From positions 95,046,001 to 95,110,000 of the forward strand of contig NC_042997.1 in the NCBI RefSeq assembly GCF_006345805.1: a stretch of DNA of 64,000 nt, in the 5' to 3' direction. Within the stretch, counting starts at the first letter, position 1, and each line of letters begins with the position of its first letter. The position numbers were made by a program, and so were the translations under genes. Below are positions 28,775 to 43,100 of the stretch, in pieces. Under the pieces are notes generated by a model. That model ran no database searches. It had not been told where the DNA came from and saw only the letters and a list, made by a program, of their open reading frames with translations. The DNA is from Octopus sinensis (lineage: Eukaryota).

Positions 28775-28795
28775 TCAACGGGAGATTTCATCGTA
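28290..28795 (+). mobile_element. RTE-clade LINE 3' end
   Basis: MGDEGIPNVLMYNELENGDRNVGRPWLRYKD...KWR...CNICGLLCKSLAGLK*HISHKH, the RTE C-terminus with a zinc finger. Confidence 0.88.
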
Positions 28796-28801
28796 TATAT
28801 A

Positions 28802-28878
<77 letters not shown>

Positions 28879-28974
28879 GTATATATATACATATATATAT
28901 GCATATATATATATATATACATATATATACACACACACATATATATATATATATGTATATGTATGTATGTGTAT

Positions 28975-29120
28975 ATGTTTGTGTTTCTGTGTTTGTACCC
29001 CAACAGCGCTTGACAAACGATGGTTATGTGTTTACGTCCCGGTAACTTAGCAGTCCGGAAAATGTGACCGATGTGATAAGTAGTAGGCTTACAAAGAACA
29101 AGTAAAAGAATAAAAGAATA
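28975..29120 (+). mobile_element. SINE family 1, 3' half
   Basis: Matches 17735-17960 with an internal deletion. (AAAAGAAT)n tail. Confidence 0.8.
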
Positions 29121-30009
29121 CAGAAAGTAAATATCATCTACCTATGAAGTACATATATAAACTAAACTCTTTCAATTGGCAGAATTCCTGTTTTTTTTTT
29201 TTACAAAAACGCTATATATAAATACTGCACCAGGGGCAGAATGAAGATGCAGATGAAGATTTTAAATTTTCAGAAGTGTCGCAAGCATCTATTATATTTT
29301 GTACTATATGCTCTGTAATATAAATGTGCCAACGAAAAGTATATCTGAAGTCATATGCCATATACGAATGAAAAGAGCAATGAGAAATTTGATTTGCTTC
29401 CTTAATAGTCAAGACGGCCACCTTAAATTATTTTGTACCGCAACTAAAAGAGGTAAATTGACAGGTAGTTTAAAATTAAGTCAATGTAACTCAATTATAT
29501 TTTATAATTAATTCTATTTAATTAAATTGCTGTGAATGGAAATCTAGTTTTAATTGGGATAATAAGGGAATTTAGAAACGCTTGGACGCGCGTATCTCTA
29601 ATGATTTAGATTTAGATTTGATAGAACGTATTTATTAATGCATCATCAGGCTTAAGAGATGAAATGCGGAAGTGAATTTAATTGCTTTGTTTAGAGGTGT
29701 TTTGAAATTGAAAGCACCGTCTAAATTCGTGACGTGACCATACGGCATATGCGAAGATTCTGTCAGCGAAAATAAATTGAATTAAAGAAATTTTATGAAG
29801 TGTCGATTGGGTACAGAATATACAAGAAAATATTAAAAGCGATGCTATTATACAAAATAGTTAGAATAGGAACACACGTTCAGTTCTTTAACATCATGCA
29901 ACGAAATTTGGGAGTTTCAAAATTCAATTATTCATTGTTAGAGAATCAAAAACTGACTTTGTGAAGGAAAGAGAAACAAAGTGAATAGGTAAGATTGATT
30001 TCAAATTAT

Positions 30010-30445
30010 AGCAAAACCAGCAATTTTGGGGAGGGTCTAAATCGATTACATCGACCAAGTGTTTAACTAGTCCTAATTTTACCAACCCCTAAAGGATGAA
30101 ACACAAAGAAGTCCTTCGGGGAATTTGAACTCAGACCGTAAAGACAGATGAAATGCTGCTAAGCATTTATCCCGTCGCGTTAACAATTCTGACAGCCTTT
30201 TGAATAGGTAATATTAGTGTAGGTAATATTTAGTTAAGGTGTAAGTCGACGAGCTGACAGAATAGTTAGCACGTCAGACATAATGTTTAATGGCATATCG
30301 TTCGTGTTTACTTCCGCCGTGGTACATTTTATCTTTCGTCCTTTCCAGGTCAATAAAATAAGAACCAGTTGAACTCAGGTGTCAATTTAATCAACGTACC
30401 CGCTCCCACGAACTTGCTGGCCATGTTCCAAAATTTGTGACAAAT
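30010..30445. mobile_element. Two diverged family-2-related SINEs, head-to-head (30010-30198 minus; 30245-30445 plus)
   Basis: GAATTTGAACTCAGA...GCTAAGCATTT on the left and CGAGCTGACAGAATAGTTAGCACG...CCTTTCCAGGTCAATAAAATAAG on the right both match the 26705 copy. Confidence 0.75.
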
Positions 30446-30599
30446 ATTTAGATCATACTTCAAAGATTTCACCGTAATGTTGAGATCTTTAATAACTGTT
30501 CTGCCTCATTCGAGCCTACAACTTCTCATAAAGACTGTGTGTATATAGGTAACGTTGACACTGGTGGTTGCATTGCTCTTGTAGACTCTTGGCTCTCAT

Positions 30600-30820
30600 C
30601 TAGAATTGTTTTTGTCCTCCAATTTACCAGCGTATGAAGCCAGTAACTACACAAGCGTTACTCTTCTGTTTTCAGTCTTATCTAACACTGACCCAAAGGC
30701 TTCTTTATATGAATCTTATAGCACTCTTTGGTTTCTGAGATAACAACCACTCATGGTGAAACAGATCCTATGCATCCTTTGCTAGGCAGCTGACATGGCA
30801 AACTCTTATCACGTGCCAAA
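30600..30820 (-). mobile_element. Highly degraded RTE C-terminal relic
   Basis: Minus translation with frameshifts gives HVIR...LFHHE...KPK.CYK...LLAS...WRT, similar to the RTE motif GHVxR..R.PK..RYKD..WR. Confidence 0.4.
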
Positions 30821-31834
30821 TATGTGGTCACTATAAATTCTGATTATGGAAATATTTATCTAGCGCAGCTTTGTACAATTTGAACCAATCGTACCAAATC
30901 TATCATCATTTAAGCGTGAGTATAATATAAATGATGTCAATGTAATATGCATGCGCATTATAGGTGTTTCGTTGTTGGAGACTATTATTGGATCGCTTTC
31001 GTTAGCAAAAGGACTGAACCTTTATCGCAATGCTATTCATCTATAATATATGATAAGCTTACTTGCATTAACACAACATAACTGAGATATGCAAAATGCG
31101 CTGGAGATTTTCACCTAAGTAAATTGTGAGCTTTCATTCAGAGATACAAAATAATACCAGATCTGTGGCCCTTCGAACGCCAAACAAAGGAGCAGCTCAC
31201 CTAGAATTGCTCTAATATTTTAATAAAAGTGCAGGTCACTCAACATTCATAGATATTAAAAAGTGTAAGGACATAGAGGACTTGACATTCATAGTTTCTG
31301 AATGTTCTTATTCTGAAAATTACTGTTATAAAATATATAAAATATAACGCCTGTTTAATGGGGGATGGTATGACACAAACTGATGTCAAGGATGCAAAGA
31401 AAATTTAGTACATCATGAAGAATGATGGGAACAGTACCATTAAAGTCATTAAAGAGGGTTTTAATATTCAACACAAACAGAATGCGATACCAATAAATGG
31501 CTACAGAGTAATTAACATCGACTTATAAATGATAAGACATATTAATGATAAGAGTCTATATTTCAGATATACTTTTCGTGATAGCATCTTTTACATATGC
31601 TGTAGTCCGTTTCGATTTCATCCCAAACCTTTACTAATTCTACTTACTTTTATCGGAACTACACAAATCTTAAGACGATCGATTTGTTTTGCATGACGTA
31701 AGTAAATTGTGCATGGTGTTTGAAATATCAGGAAACATATTTCTGGAGCCTGTTTTCACAAACAGAGCAGAAGTGATATTTGTCCACATTTGCTCCGAGC
31801 GTGCAGTCTTAGCTATGTTTTTTTTTTACTCAGA

Positions 31835-32795
31835 ATGGAGAGCCCTGAAATTCATCTAAGCTCTGGACTTCCTGCATCTATCACCACTGAGGAAGACATT
31901 AACCGTTTTCACTATATGTTGATGGACAAGAGACGATTGGAAATAAATCAAATAGCCTATGCTGTTAGCGTATCCCGTTAGAGAGTTGGAAGTATTTTGC
32001 ACAATGATCTTGGTATGACGAAGATTTCTTCTGATCGGTGGGTTCCATGTCTTCTGACACTTGATCAAAAGCGTACCAGGCTTATCGTACCACAAGAAAA
32101 TCTGACATTGCCAGAGGCAGGTCCATCTCGTTTCCTTGAGCGTTTACTAACCCGGAATGATTATTGGGTTCAACATTTTGAGCCAGAGACAACGAGACAA
32201 TCCATACGTGGACACAACACTTGTCGCCTGCCCAAAAGAAGGCCAAGATCGTCTCTTCCGCAGGGAAGGTGAAAGCCTCAATTTTGAGGATGCAAAATGC
32301 ATTGTATTTATTGACTATCTTAAAACTGGTCACCCCATTAATGGAAAGTATTATGTCCGCGTGTCCTGGAAGTTACGAAAGGCTATCAATACCAAATGGC
32401 TAGGTAAACTGACGAAAGTGTTCTTCATTTATCAGGGTAATGCTCCTGTACACAAGTTGTTGGTTTCAGTGGCTGCTGTGAGTGAATGTTGCTTTAAATT
32501 GTTTGGTCATTCGCTCTATTCTCCTGATTTGGTTCCATCAGATTATCACCTGTATTCCAACAGGATGAACACTTGGCTAGAAGCAATATCGCGGAGATGA
32601 TGTCATATCTGCTGTTCATGACCCTGCTGATCAACAAAGTGAGAGCTTCTTCACCAATGGGATCCAGGCACTACAAAACCGACGAGAAACATATGTGGCC
32701 CGCAAGGTGTGGTGGCAATGCTGGAAAAATACCGCATCTGGACACATTCCATGACAGTGTCTTGGTTAGTCTAGGAACTGTTCAAATGACCATCG
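31835..32795 (+). mobile_element. Degraded mariner transposon (5' end missing)
   Basis: RWVPCLLT (WVPHEL-like), AGKVKASI, YQGNAPVH, YSPDLVPSDYHLY. A remnant right TIR lies at about 32770-32795. Confidence 0.9.
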
Positions 32796-33384
32796 GATTT
32801 GCATGTAAGTGCATATCTTTATATCCATGCATCTATATATCTGTCTATCTATCTGTTTGTCTGTCTACCTGTCTGTCTGTCTATGTATCTCTCTCTATAC
32901 ATATATGAACAAATACCCATAGTGCCCCAAAATAATATTTAGGGATTCTTAGGGTCATACTCCTTTAACTGGTAATTAACATTGTGATTTAAAGTATTCC
33001 CTTACCCAGCCTCTATTTATAGACAGTTACTTTATATCCAATGGACTACTCCTAATGTCTTCTTTCCTTCCCGAGGAAAAGGGTTATGGCAATATTTATG
33101 ACCATACTTTGCCATGAGCTGTCAACACACTCTTGTCCTTTATTCAAAATATACACAGTATTCTAGTCTTAGATTTTGTAGTTGATAAAGAGAGAAATGA
33201 ATTAGAAATAAATTTCTATACCTTTCAACACATTGACCCGATAGGCTTCATGCGATTCTTGGAAGTGTAGTTTATTCTTGGCTACAATAGCGACAGCATG
33301 AATTTCTTCCATCTTGGTCTGCTAAAATATTTGAGAAAAATTATATAAATATGTCCGAAAGGTTAAAATTCTATTTATTTACTT

Positions 33385-33463
33385 GTGCAGCTGAAGATGG
33401 CACTGCATTTAAAATGATGCATTGTTCAATTAAATGGAGCCGTTTGAAACGGTCGAACTACAT
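33385..33463 (+). ncRNA. Degenerate hammerhead motif
   Basis: GTGCAG-CTGAAGA-TGGC...GCCGTTT-GAAA-CGGTCG-AA-CTACAT. The cleavage-site U is lost. Followed by (TA)n. Confidence 0.45.
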
Positions 33464-33492
33464 AACTACTTGATATCCTCTTGCTTATTTTG

Positions 33493-33550
<58 letters not shown>

Positions 33551-33590
33551 CGGAGAAGACAGAATGTATATATATGTATGTGTATATATA

Positions 33591-33658
<68 letters not shown>

Positions 33659-33682
33659 GTATAAATAGATGAATATATATAT

Positions 33683-33900
33683 ATGATGAACTCTCTCATC
33701 GGTTTCAAGGCATGAGGATATGATAACTTACTCTTTCTTTGTCAGTCACAATGCTTATGTCGAATGTGACGTTTAAATTCCGCCCACGATGTGCAAAGAA
33801 GCCCACAGATGTTTCAAGTTTGAGGATTGCAGGTCAATGCAAGTGGTCTGTTTGCAGCCGCTTTTCTCCTTTGCCTTGCGCAGCTAAGCCTGTTCATGCT
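33683..33900 (-). mobile_element. RTE LINE extreme 3' end (same family as 28290)
   Basis: ARQRRKAAANRPLALTCNPQT and the shared 3' UTR GACAAAGAAAGAGTA. Confidence 0.88.
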
Positions 33901-35458
33901 GGTTGCAACAAAGTTTTTTTTTATACCATTATGACACATATATGCGTATATTTGTTTTACAATCCACTCTTGTACATATTTCACCTTCAGAGAATCAGGC
34001 GTACTATCCAACATAAATTAAGGTACCATATTCCGATATTAAAAACGTAAGAGTACATAAAGCTACGCAGAATTTGCTTTAGATTATGACGTAGAAAGAG
34101 AGTGTCCTCAGGTTGAAGTAATCGTAGGAATCGCATTATTGCATTTTGACTCCTTCATTACGATCGCTGCAATGAAATTATAAAAAGTATACTTAGTATA
34201 TAAACTTATATTTTCAAAAAATATCTTGCTTCACGATGTATCATGAATATAAGAATATATTAGATGTATAAAAAATATATTAGGTATATATTATAAAGTC
34301 GTAATACAACAAAATACAAATTATGATAAAAATATAACTATCGTTGAAAGAGTAATATAAAATTTAATGTAACATTATGGAATATGGAAACAGAAAGTTC
34401 TAGATATAAAGTATAATGAAATATACAAATAACGGTAAAGGTAAAAAGTAAGGATAAACCATTATTTAAAAAATATAGTCTGTCATTTACCAAGAAATAA
34501 AAAAAAAGGAAAATCTGAAAGCAAATGAAAGAAGCACAATCCAAAATGTCACGAGTTAAAAATTTTAGATAATTGATATAAAGAAAAATGAATATCATGA
34601 AATAAAAAAAATATACATTTCCTTCAGATTGTAAATATGTATGTTACTGTGTGTGTGGGTATGTATACGGTAAATAGGTTTTTGTGACAGTGTACATATA
34701 TTTCAAAAGACGTTTGTGTGATTTAGACTTTATAATGTCATCTACAGGGCCAATTGTCTGCCCTAATTGCTTCAGATCAGTTACAACATAACTCATCCTA
34801 AATTTATCACTAGTATATCTTAATAATGATCATTGTCTTTTACTCTTTGTGATATACACTTAGATCGAGGTGTCTTATCCTGTCAACAACACTAATATTT
34901 TCTAGATTATTTTGCATTTCTACTTTTTTTTTTATATTTATATTTGTTCATTCTTTATATTGTTTTACTTTTCATTCTCTTTTCCGAATTCTATTTTATT
35001 ATTGATTGAGGATTAATCTTGGAACAATTTTCTACTCCTCAATTCCTTGGTTTCTCTTTATATATTTTTTATATTTTATTCTGGAATCATATTTCGTTAT
35101 GTCTGTGCCTTATAATTCACCATTTATGTTTCCAGTATTTATTTATAGGTTATTTGCTCATCTTTCTTTTTTTGTCATATTTGAGAATTGCTTCAATTTG
35201 TTTTTTTTTTCTATTTTTTAGTATGAAGGGCAATATAATTTGCCTACTGTTATATCTAGGACATTCGTATAAAAACAATCTTTTTATGAAAATTGTTTTG
35301 CCAAAAAATAAGGTTTAAATAAGGTGAATGAACCAATCACAAGGAAACAGTAACGAATATCAAAAACTTGTTTACTGCTATTCGATAAAATCATTGTTCT
35401 ATGTATGTATGTATGTATGTATGTATGTATGTATGTATGTATTTATGTATGTATGTAT

Positions 35459-37170
35459 GTCAGGTCACTTTCGAGTGCTACTGGTAACATGTAACTCAGT
35501 ACAACCTGTTGCATTGTCGGGTCGTTGGCGACTAAACCGGAAACCCCACCAAGCTTGCTTGGTGAGGAGGGTGTTTGTTGGACACCCTGTGGGATGAAAA
35601 AAAAAACCCGTCAAAGGGCGGAGGACCTCTTGAGAGTCAACAGCCATTCAATAAACGTTAGCACGGGTACGCAGAAATTCCGGGATAGTGTCGTCGTGCT
35701 GAAAGACCACTGGGAGTGAGGGGCCCCTCAGCGTTTGTTAAAACATGTCTCTAGGAGAAAGTCACTCTGATATAAAACCAGATATGCAGGGAATGGCATT
35801 GGACATTTTGGGCATCTTTGGTTTGTGCTAGTGATCACGGCGCTCCCACATCGCTGAGCCAACGACTCATATTGGCACCAGACATCTTGCTCCGGCTTGT
35901 CTCTGGATAATTTCAATAACGTGGAGATGGTCTATGACGTGTGTGCAAGCCTTATTGGACCTAAAACTCTGCACATGCATTGCCGACCTCTGCCCGATAT
36001 GTGCATTTTTTAAACTCTATATATATTTATCTTATTTTTAGTATATATTTTTTTTATTCGGAAGTCCTGCAGCGATGGGAAAGTGGTGAAGCATGCAGAC
36101 CTGACGGGTTGGAAGCATGTAGTCAGCGACCTGCACGTACGCGGCCCATGCTAGATATAAAGTCGTCTCCTTATCGCCCAAGACAGAGGTAGGATTCGGT
36201 TGCTGCATGGGTGTCTGAGCAGCTCCATTTGGAGAGGGCACTGCTCACCCGGAGACCTGGGAGGTTCTAGAAAATGTGAACCAAAAATTGCCTGCCATTC
36301 CATATCTGGTCAGTTTAGCGCGACTGACGGATGTCCACCCTGCGCTCGAAAAACAAAGAGTCTTTTATCTATAAAATCTGGACGGAACTTAAACATTTCA
36401 TGTTGGAATGTGCGCTCTCTGTTGGATAACAAGTGTGATTGCAGGCCTGAACCGTTATAAAATTGATATAGCTGCACTCTCAGAGACTCGTATGGAAGGT
36501 GATGGTCAGCTTGAGTAAGTAGGAGGTGGATACACCTTTTTTTAGAAAGGAAGGCAGAAGGAGGAGCGCAGAGAGGCTGGTGTTGGTTTTTCGGTCCGAT
36601 TAGATATCCTTAAGAAGTTGGAAGAGTTCCCTGTTCCTATAAATGAACGTATAATGACGCTACGTTTGCACTTGAAAGGTAAGCGGTTTGTTACCCTAAT
36701 AAGTGCCTATGCACCTACTTTGACTAGAAAAATCCCCAATTCTGATAAAGTCATTCTACTGGGGGATTTTAATGCCAGGGTTGGAACAGACTGGCAAACA
36801 TGGAACTCTCTAGGACGTTTTGGAATATGGAAATGAATAACAATGGTCTCATACTACTGGAGCTTTGCGAAGAACATGGACTTTACATTGCATGCACTCA
36901 TTTTGTGCACAAAGATGATGCATCCACATGGATGCATCTAAAGTCCAAAGTTTGACACGTTCGAGACCAGGTTGTTCAATGTGCAGCCGAAACACTGGAG
37001 TATGTTACTGCCAGACACAGAGACTGGATTGATAAGAATGATGCTGAAATTCAGCGACTATTAGTGGTAAAGCGCCATGCCCACAGTGTGTTGCTGCACA
37101 GAGAAATGTCTACTGTGCAGCGAAGTCTAGCACTTGCCCACTATAACAGTGTAAAATCACTACTGCAGCG
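35459..37170 (+). mobile_element. RTE-clade LINE 5' portion: long 5' UTR plus decayed APE endonuclease
   Basis: NISCWNVRSL, IDIAALSETR, AGVGF, INERIMTLRL, ISAYAPT, ILLGDFNARVG, NNNGLILLELC, TWMH, RHRDWIDKNDAEI. Starts after (TATG)n. Confidence 0.92.
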
Positions 37171-40100
37171 ATACAATTGCATTGTACATAATAATATCCG
37201 ATAATATATGAAAACCTGCTCACAGTAAAATATTACTGTTAACACTAATTGAAAAGTATCATTTCGAAGCGTCATACTAAGCTATGAATTAGAAAGTTAC
37301 TCCAAACTTTATCTACATATTGTTTTTTTCCCAAGCCGCATTTAAACGATTTCACCCTCAAATTCCTATTGTAACTCTGTTAACCCTGTTTGTCCGTATG
37401 GACCAGGGACATCTTAAACTCTTTACAAAATATGCTCACCCCAGTTATATTTCTGGAGTATCAAATAACTTGAATGGAGCATACTTTATACCAAATTATT
37501 AACGGAATTCTCATACCCAGGGCAAGGATGCAATGCGATAATTAAAGATATCAGATTTATTATATGTAGATACATTTATTATCTATTTTATCTACACAAA
37601 CTACCTTAAGATCTAAATAGATAACGTCTCTCCTAGCTGCAAGGTCGACTGATATTTTACCATTCAAAATTTCTCAATAATTGCAGTTATGAATGAAAAT
37701 ATCATCGATATATATATGTAACAACCACTAAACTATTTAAATAAACATATCCTCTTCTGAGGGCATACATCATTGAGAAATCTAAACACACAGGAGATAT
37801 ATATTGGCCAATAAAGTTCTGCAATTATAACTCTTCAGAATGCTATTGATTTCTTTAAATGTTCTTCGAGCTATAGCAATGTGAAACTTATGGACAATAA
37901 AATTAACCACCTTCTTTAAACAGTTTTTATTTAAACAATTAAAGTCATTATAGCTGCTCAAGTAAATAAAACATACGCGTTTGTGCGTTTGTGTGTTTTT
38001 AAACTTTTATAAACACAATCTATATAACTAAATATTTCTTCTTCATCCCTTGTCAAGTATAGATTAGTGTACATTGTAGAGAAACCCACAGAAGCATAGT
38101 ATATAATAAAATCCTTTTCAATTGTTCCCGCAGCCGTAATAACAACATTGAATGGATTATTACCAACATCTACAAACAAAACAAGCATACCAACATTATA
38201 CATATAAACTAGCTGTCTTGTGCATAACATTATACTTTGACACCTAGACACTAACATTGAATATCGACAAAGTTAAAGCGTGGAAAACATAACCACTGCT
38301 TACATTACTAATACAGGCAGCAGTGTATTGATACATATAATAGTACTCGTAATAAATCTCCCGTATGGGGCCTTATTAGCTTTGGAATCCAAAATAATTT
38401 AAGAGTTAACTGTATAATAGTCAATGAATTTCATGATTAATTCAATGGAAACACCTCACTTTGGGAGAACAACCTTGATGATAATGATTAAGACTTGTGC
38501 TAGGTAGGTACTTAACTGGCAAATGGGTTAAACATGATCAACAATGCAGTTCTCCGAAAATGAGGTCCTTCCAAATTTCAGGATTACTTTAACTTTCACC
38601 TGCTTTATTAGGCTTGTTATATTCTCATTTCTGAGAACATTCTAGTCACGCTGACAAGCATTTTCTGCCTCACGAGTGTAGAATTCGAATTTAGTGGACC
38701 TATCTTGCCGATATTCGTTTAACACTGAAATAAAGGAATCAACTCTGAACTATAATTAACTCGTTAAGAACACCGCTTCTATATGCGAAGTATATTTGCT
38801 GTACAAAACTCCTCTTTATCATATCTAGAGTAGTCATTTTACCTGTCGGAATCATGTCACATATTTATGCTATCTTATTAATGTCACAAGAATTGCACGT
38901 AAGTAATCATATGATAAAGATGATGCGCGATATTATTATAAATTCAAATCCCTAAGTACACACTTGTAATTATAGAGGCTGTGCTTACAAAGAGAATGCA
39001 ACTTTTATCACTGCGTATGTCTAGTTTTATGAGAACGTAAATGTCATGAATATCATTATAAATTTCCGCAATATGCCAGTCACTAATCCTAGGATGAAAA
39101 TATCGTATATCTAGGGAAGTAATTTGAAAGAATATGATCACATTATGATTAGATATACGAGGGTAACGTAATATAAGAATCCTGAAAATGCGCATTGCTA
39201 CACGATGGAAACTTGAATTATAAAGGAGCTGTTGTAATATTGCTGTGTCCATTGGCATTGCTCTCATTGTTGTAAAAAATAGGTAAAAAATTTCTAATCC
39301 GTAGTCGTTCTAGGATTAAGCCAAAATGTATCGTTTTACGAGCTTTTCTAAACACTGAGGCCATTACAAACCTTTTCGACATTTGGAGTGTAATCTAAGA
39401 ATGCTTCGTAAATATTCATGAGCTTAAGCTTTGACTAAATCTCTTATCCGTGTTTATTTATCTAACATATTACTGTTCCCAGTTCATTTTGAAATGTTCA
39501 GCTTTGCTTTCTTTCTGTGATTCAGATCTCTTATAAGCTCCCGTGGTAGAACCGAGTATATATAATTCTTCAAGTGTTCATAATTCACCAAGCCAACCAT
39601 GAAAATTAAAAAGTTTATAAATATACTAATATCACGTTACACGAAGAAATAAAATTATACCAAAATCAGGTCGGCAATTTATAATTTATCAACTAGACAA
39701 CGTACAGCATACATACGCATCAGGAGAGAACATTATAAAAAACAACTGAAAGACTGAAATAAAAAATGAGGTTTGAGTTATTTTTCACAATTTTAATATT
39801 CATAACTTGTCCCTTACTGAACGATCAAAATTTCGTAGGAAATCACGGAAAATAATAACCACATTCTGTATGTACATATTATTGTGATAGAGTCGTTTTC
39901 AACAAACACAGGAGACAGGCGTCTAATACTTCTAGGAAACACTTGTAGATCTACAGAACACATTAAAAAAACATAGGGAGCAAAAGAGACAATTCATGGT
40001 CCGTATCTGAGAAGACATAACAACAGTAGCAGAGGAGCGAAGGAAGCATTTTTTCTTCTGCCTAAAACCTTCCGAACAGGCGATGTGCCCTTGCAGTACT

Positions 40101-43100
40101 GCCAGCCAAAGAACATTTGGAAATTACCCGTAATGCTCGTCTTGAATGATATTCCAGAATAGATTGCTCGGGCTGTCCTGAATTATTCCCATGTCCAAAG
40201 AACACTGTCACTTGATCAAAGTCTTCCGGAAGAGGTTAAACTACAATGTTGAAGCCAGAAGGAGAATAAAAATGTGCATTGTGGAAATTCTGGCTTGGGG
40301 AACGTTCAACAAATCTGAACGTTGTAAAGTGTGTTAAATAGTCGACACTAATTTACATTTATTCATACAATCATATCTTGGAGTAAGCAGGATGAGAAGA
40401 AACTAAAAAGTGTAGTGTTACTTTCTTTGATTAACAACAATTTTCTTAACTGCGATATATTTAAAGCCCCTGCACCATGGAGAAAACATTCTTGAGAGTT
40501 ATAGACAGTATTGCTTTAATGGTCACAACTATACTCTTTCAACAGTTTTGATTTTATACTCATCAAAGTGTTTGCTTTACTGCAGATATTTTCTGAACGA
40601 ATGATCTCAAATTCACAGGCATAATCCACTGAATATATTCCTTTGTGAGTCGTCTTTTCCTCTCTGATCGTTGCTGATAGGAGTGTGCTTTTTTCGTTTA
40701 AGCTATGTTTGTTTTTCTGTTATAGCCGAATTAACGTGTAGCTCTGTTTGATTTAGCACCATTTCTGTTTATCTTTCGGTTGCATCCGTCGCTCTGTGCA
40801 TTTGCTTTAGTTTTGGACCATACTATTTGCTCTTATGCATGTTATTGCTGTGGTTCCTTTAATTTTCGACCATTCTATACTATTGGAATTGTTGTCACTT
40901 GTTTGTTATTTCATTTGGCTTGCTGATTGACTTGTAACAAACATTCTTTTCAGCATCTCTGTTTTTGTTACAACGAATGCTCATTTTGGGAAAGCGGGGT
41001 CAAATCGCTCTTTCTTCTGATCCACACATTGTTGGCTTTTATGTTCGTTCTACGATATGACATATTTAGAATTTTTCAGGTCCTTTCCAGCATTTGCCTC
41101 TATTTAGACTCATTCCTCTCTCTCTACTTTCAAGCGTCTGTTATTTTATCTCCTTGTTGTTGTTAGAAATTCCTGCATTAGTTTTTTGTTTTTGGTATAC
41201 TTTTAGTAGAAATTGTTTCTGTTTGCTGCTGCAATTACTAATGCTTTTCTAATTAGAGTGGCTCGTTAGCTGCTATCTTCAGTGAAAACCGGCGATCGGC
41301 ATCGGCATTCTACACGCATCTTTAGAAGTGCTGAGAAATGCCCACTCGAAAACTACTTTATCATATAAATAACATTTTGGATTTGTTCTCTCTACATCCA
41401 CTCACTTCGACTTACAGATAAAAATTAATGGATGTCATAAACCTTCTTCATGCAATTAACATCTGATACACCAGTGACATTCTGGATCGCTTCCACTTCC
41501 ATGTGGACCAGTATTGCTTCGCGTTTCTCAAACATATTCAAAATGTGTGGTAGGAATTTTGTGATCTTCAATTTGGACTGGAATAAAAATGAAATTAGGG
41601 AACTTGTAATTTGCGTCAATTATTTTGTCTTCATTCTCACACCTGTTGTGTACTATTACATTTACTATTATTAACAAATATTAGTTATTCGTCTTCCAGG
41701 TGTTCTTCGCTTTGTACCAGTCGAGAACTTGAACTTCCGCCCATTACAATTCATGCATTCATTGACACACACGATGGCGCATCATGAATATGGTTTGACT
41801 TATCAGGAATGTCAAATCATTCCCGACTATGAAATGCCGCTCATAGATTCTTAATTGCTTTCATGTTTCTCTCGTTCCTCTGCGTTGATCATTCGATACT
41901 TGTGAGAACAACATGTATGAAATGACATGTGTCACCTAAAGCATATGAATAGTCAAGCGGCAAGATAAATAACTTGGACTAAACGTTGTATTATCACAAA
42001 ACTGATTCAAATCTTTATTGCGCTCATCATCGACGTTGATGTAAATAAAAAGCGTTATAATTTTTACAGTATAACACTGCAGGAAAATCAAATTACGGTC
42101 AAAAATATAATTAATATATTGCAGTAATGTGAGCAATATTAATATTAATGCGAATATAGCAAAATATGTTATGAAGTACATATTAACATTTTCAAATAGA
42201 TACTCACGTAGTGGCATCGCATTTAATTTGTATCACGTAGCATAAGGGGTGATAGTAATAGAAGATAGCCAGTTCCAAAGTGGAATTTCGGTACATATGG
42301 CATCAACCTTATCTCGCTGAAAATTAAATAGCTAAAGTTTTAAAACATTGGAACTGAAGAAAATGAGAAACGTTTTACCAAATCTCATAGTATTGCCTGG
42401 GAGAGTAGCTGAAAAATATTTTCTGTAAGCCAGGCCAAATTATCATCCTTGGCTATTTCTACGCAGTCATATGTCTTCGCAGTTATGTTTTCTCTGCTTC
42501 CGAAAATTTGCATGAGTTCACGAGGACCATTAACTGCTTCGATGTCACTAATATCAATGAATCCGAAAAGGCAATTGTTATGTCCATTCAAACTAATGCA
42601 AACAATAAATGAAAATATATGCATAGCAAATCTATGGAGTAACAACAAAGTGAATTTTAAAAAAAGGATCCATTTGAGTAATTGAATAACTTCATGTGGA
42701 ACGAAAGACATGCTAATTCCCAAAGACATGCAACCATGTTGCAGGTTTTACTGCTTTTGTCACTCTCTTCTACGCCTTTATTTGTTTTTATATTTGTTCA
42801 TGATTGCAATACCTAAACTTCATCTCATTGTTACAACTGAGTTATCTGTTTTATACCACACATCTCGCTGCTTTTGTTTGTTCACACAAATCTAAGCAGC
42901 GCTTCGGAATATCCCAACTGCTGAAGGCGGAGTGTCATAAAAACTTATATACCGTCACGGATTTTTTTAGGCACGTCGGCGCTCGTTACCCACTGGTGAC
43001 CAGTGTGGCAGGTGTCGATATCCCTGATGTTTACTGTTGTAATATGCTGGCACATGAATTGTGGTGTGGCCAGGTGTGGCGCTATTTTAATTGTGAAAAT

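Noticed and set aside
35459-35640. HDV-like or twister ribozyme in the RTE 5' leader
   Set aside because: I could not build the required pseudoknot pairings. Kept only as an unassigned structured leader.
40060-40250. Faint resemblance to a BEL/Pao C-terminal domain (GDV...PKNIWKL...IARAVL)
   Set aside because: Too short and degenerate. No integrase core or LTR nearby.
42350-42390. CTGAAGA...GAAACG hammerhead-like words (likewise near 57065-57130 minus)
   Set aside because: No stem II or stem I pairing. Chance matches.
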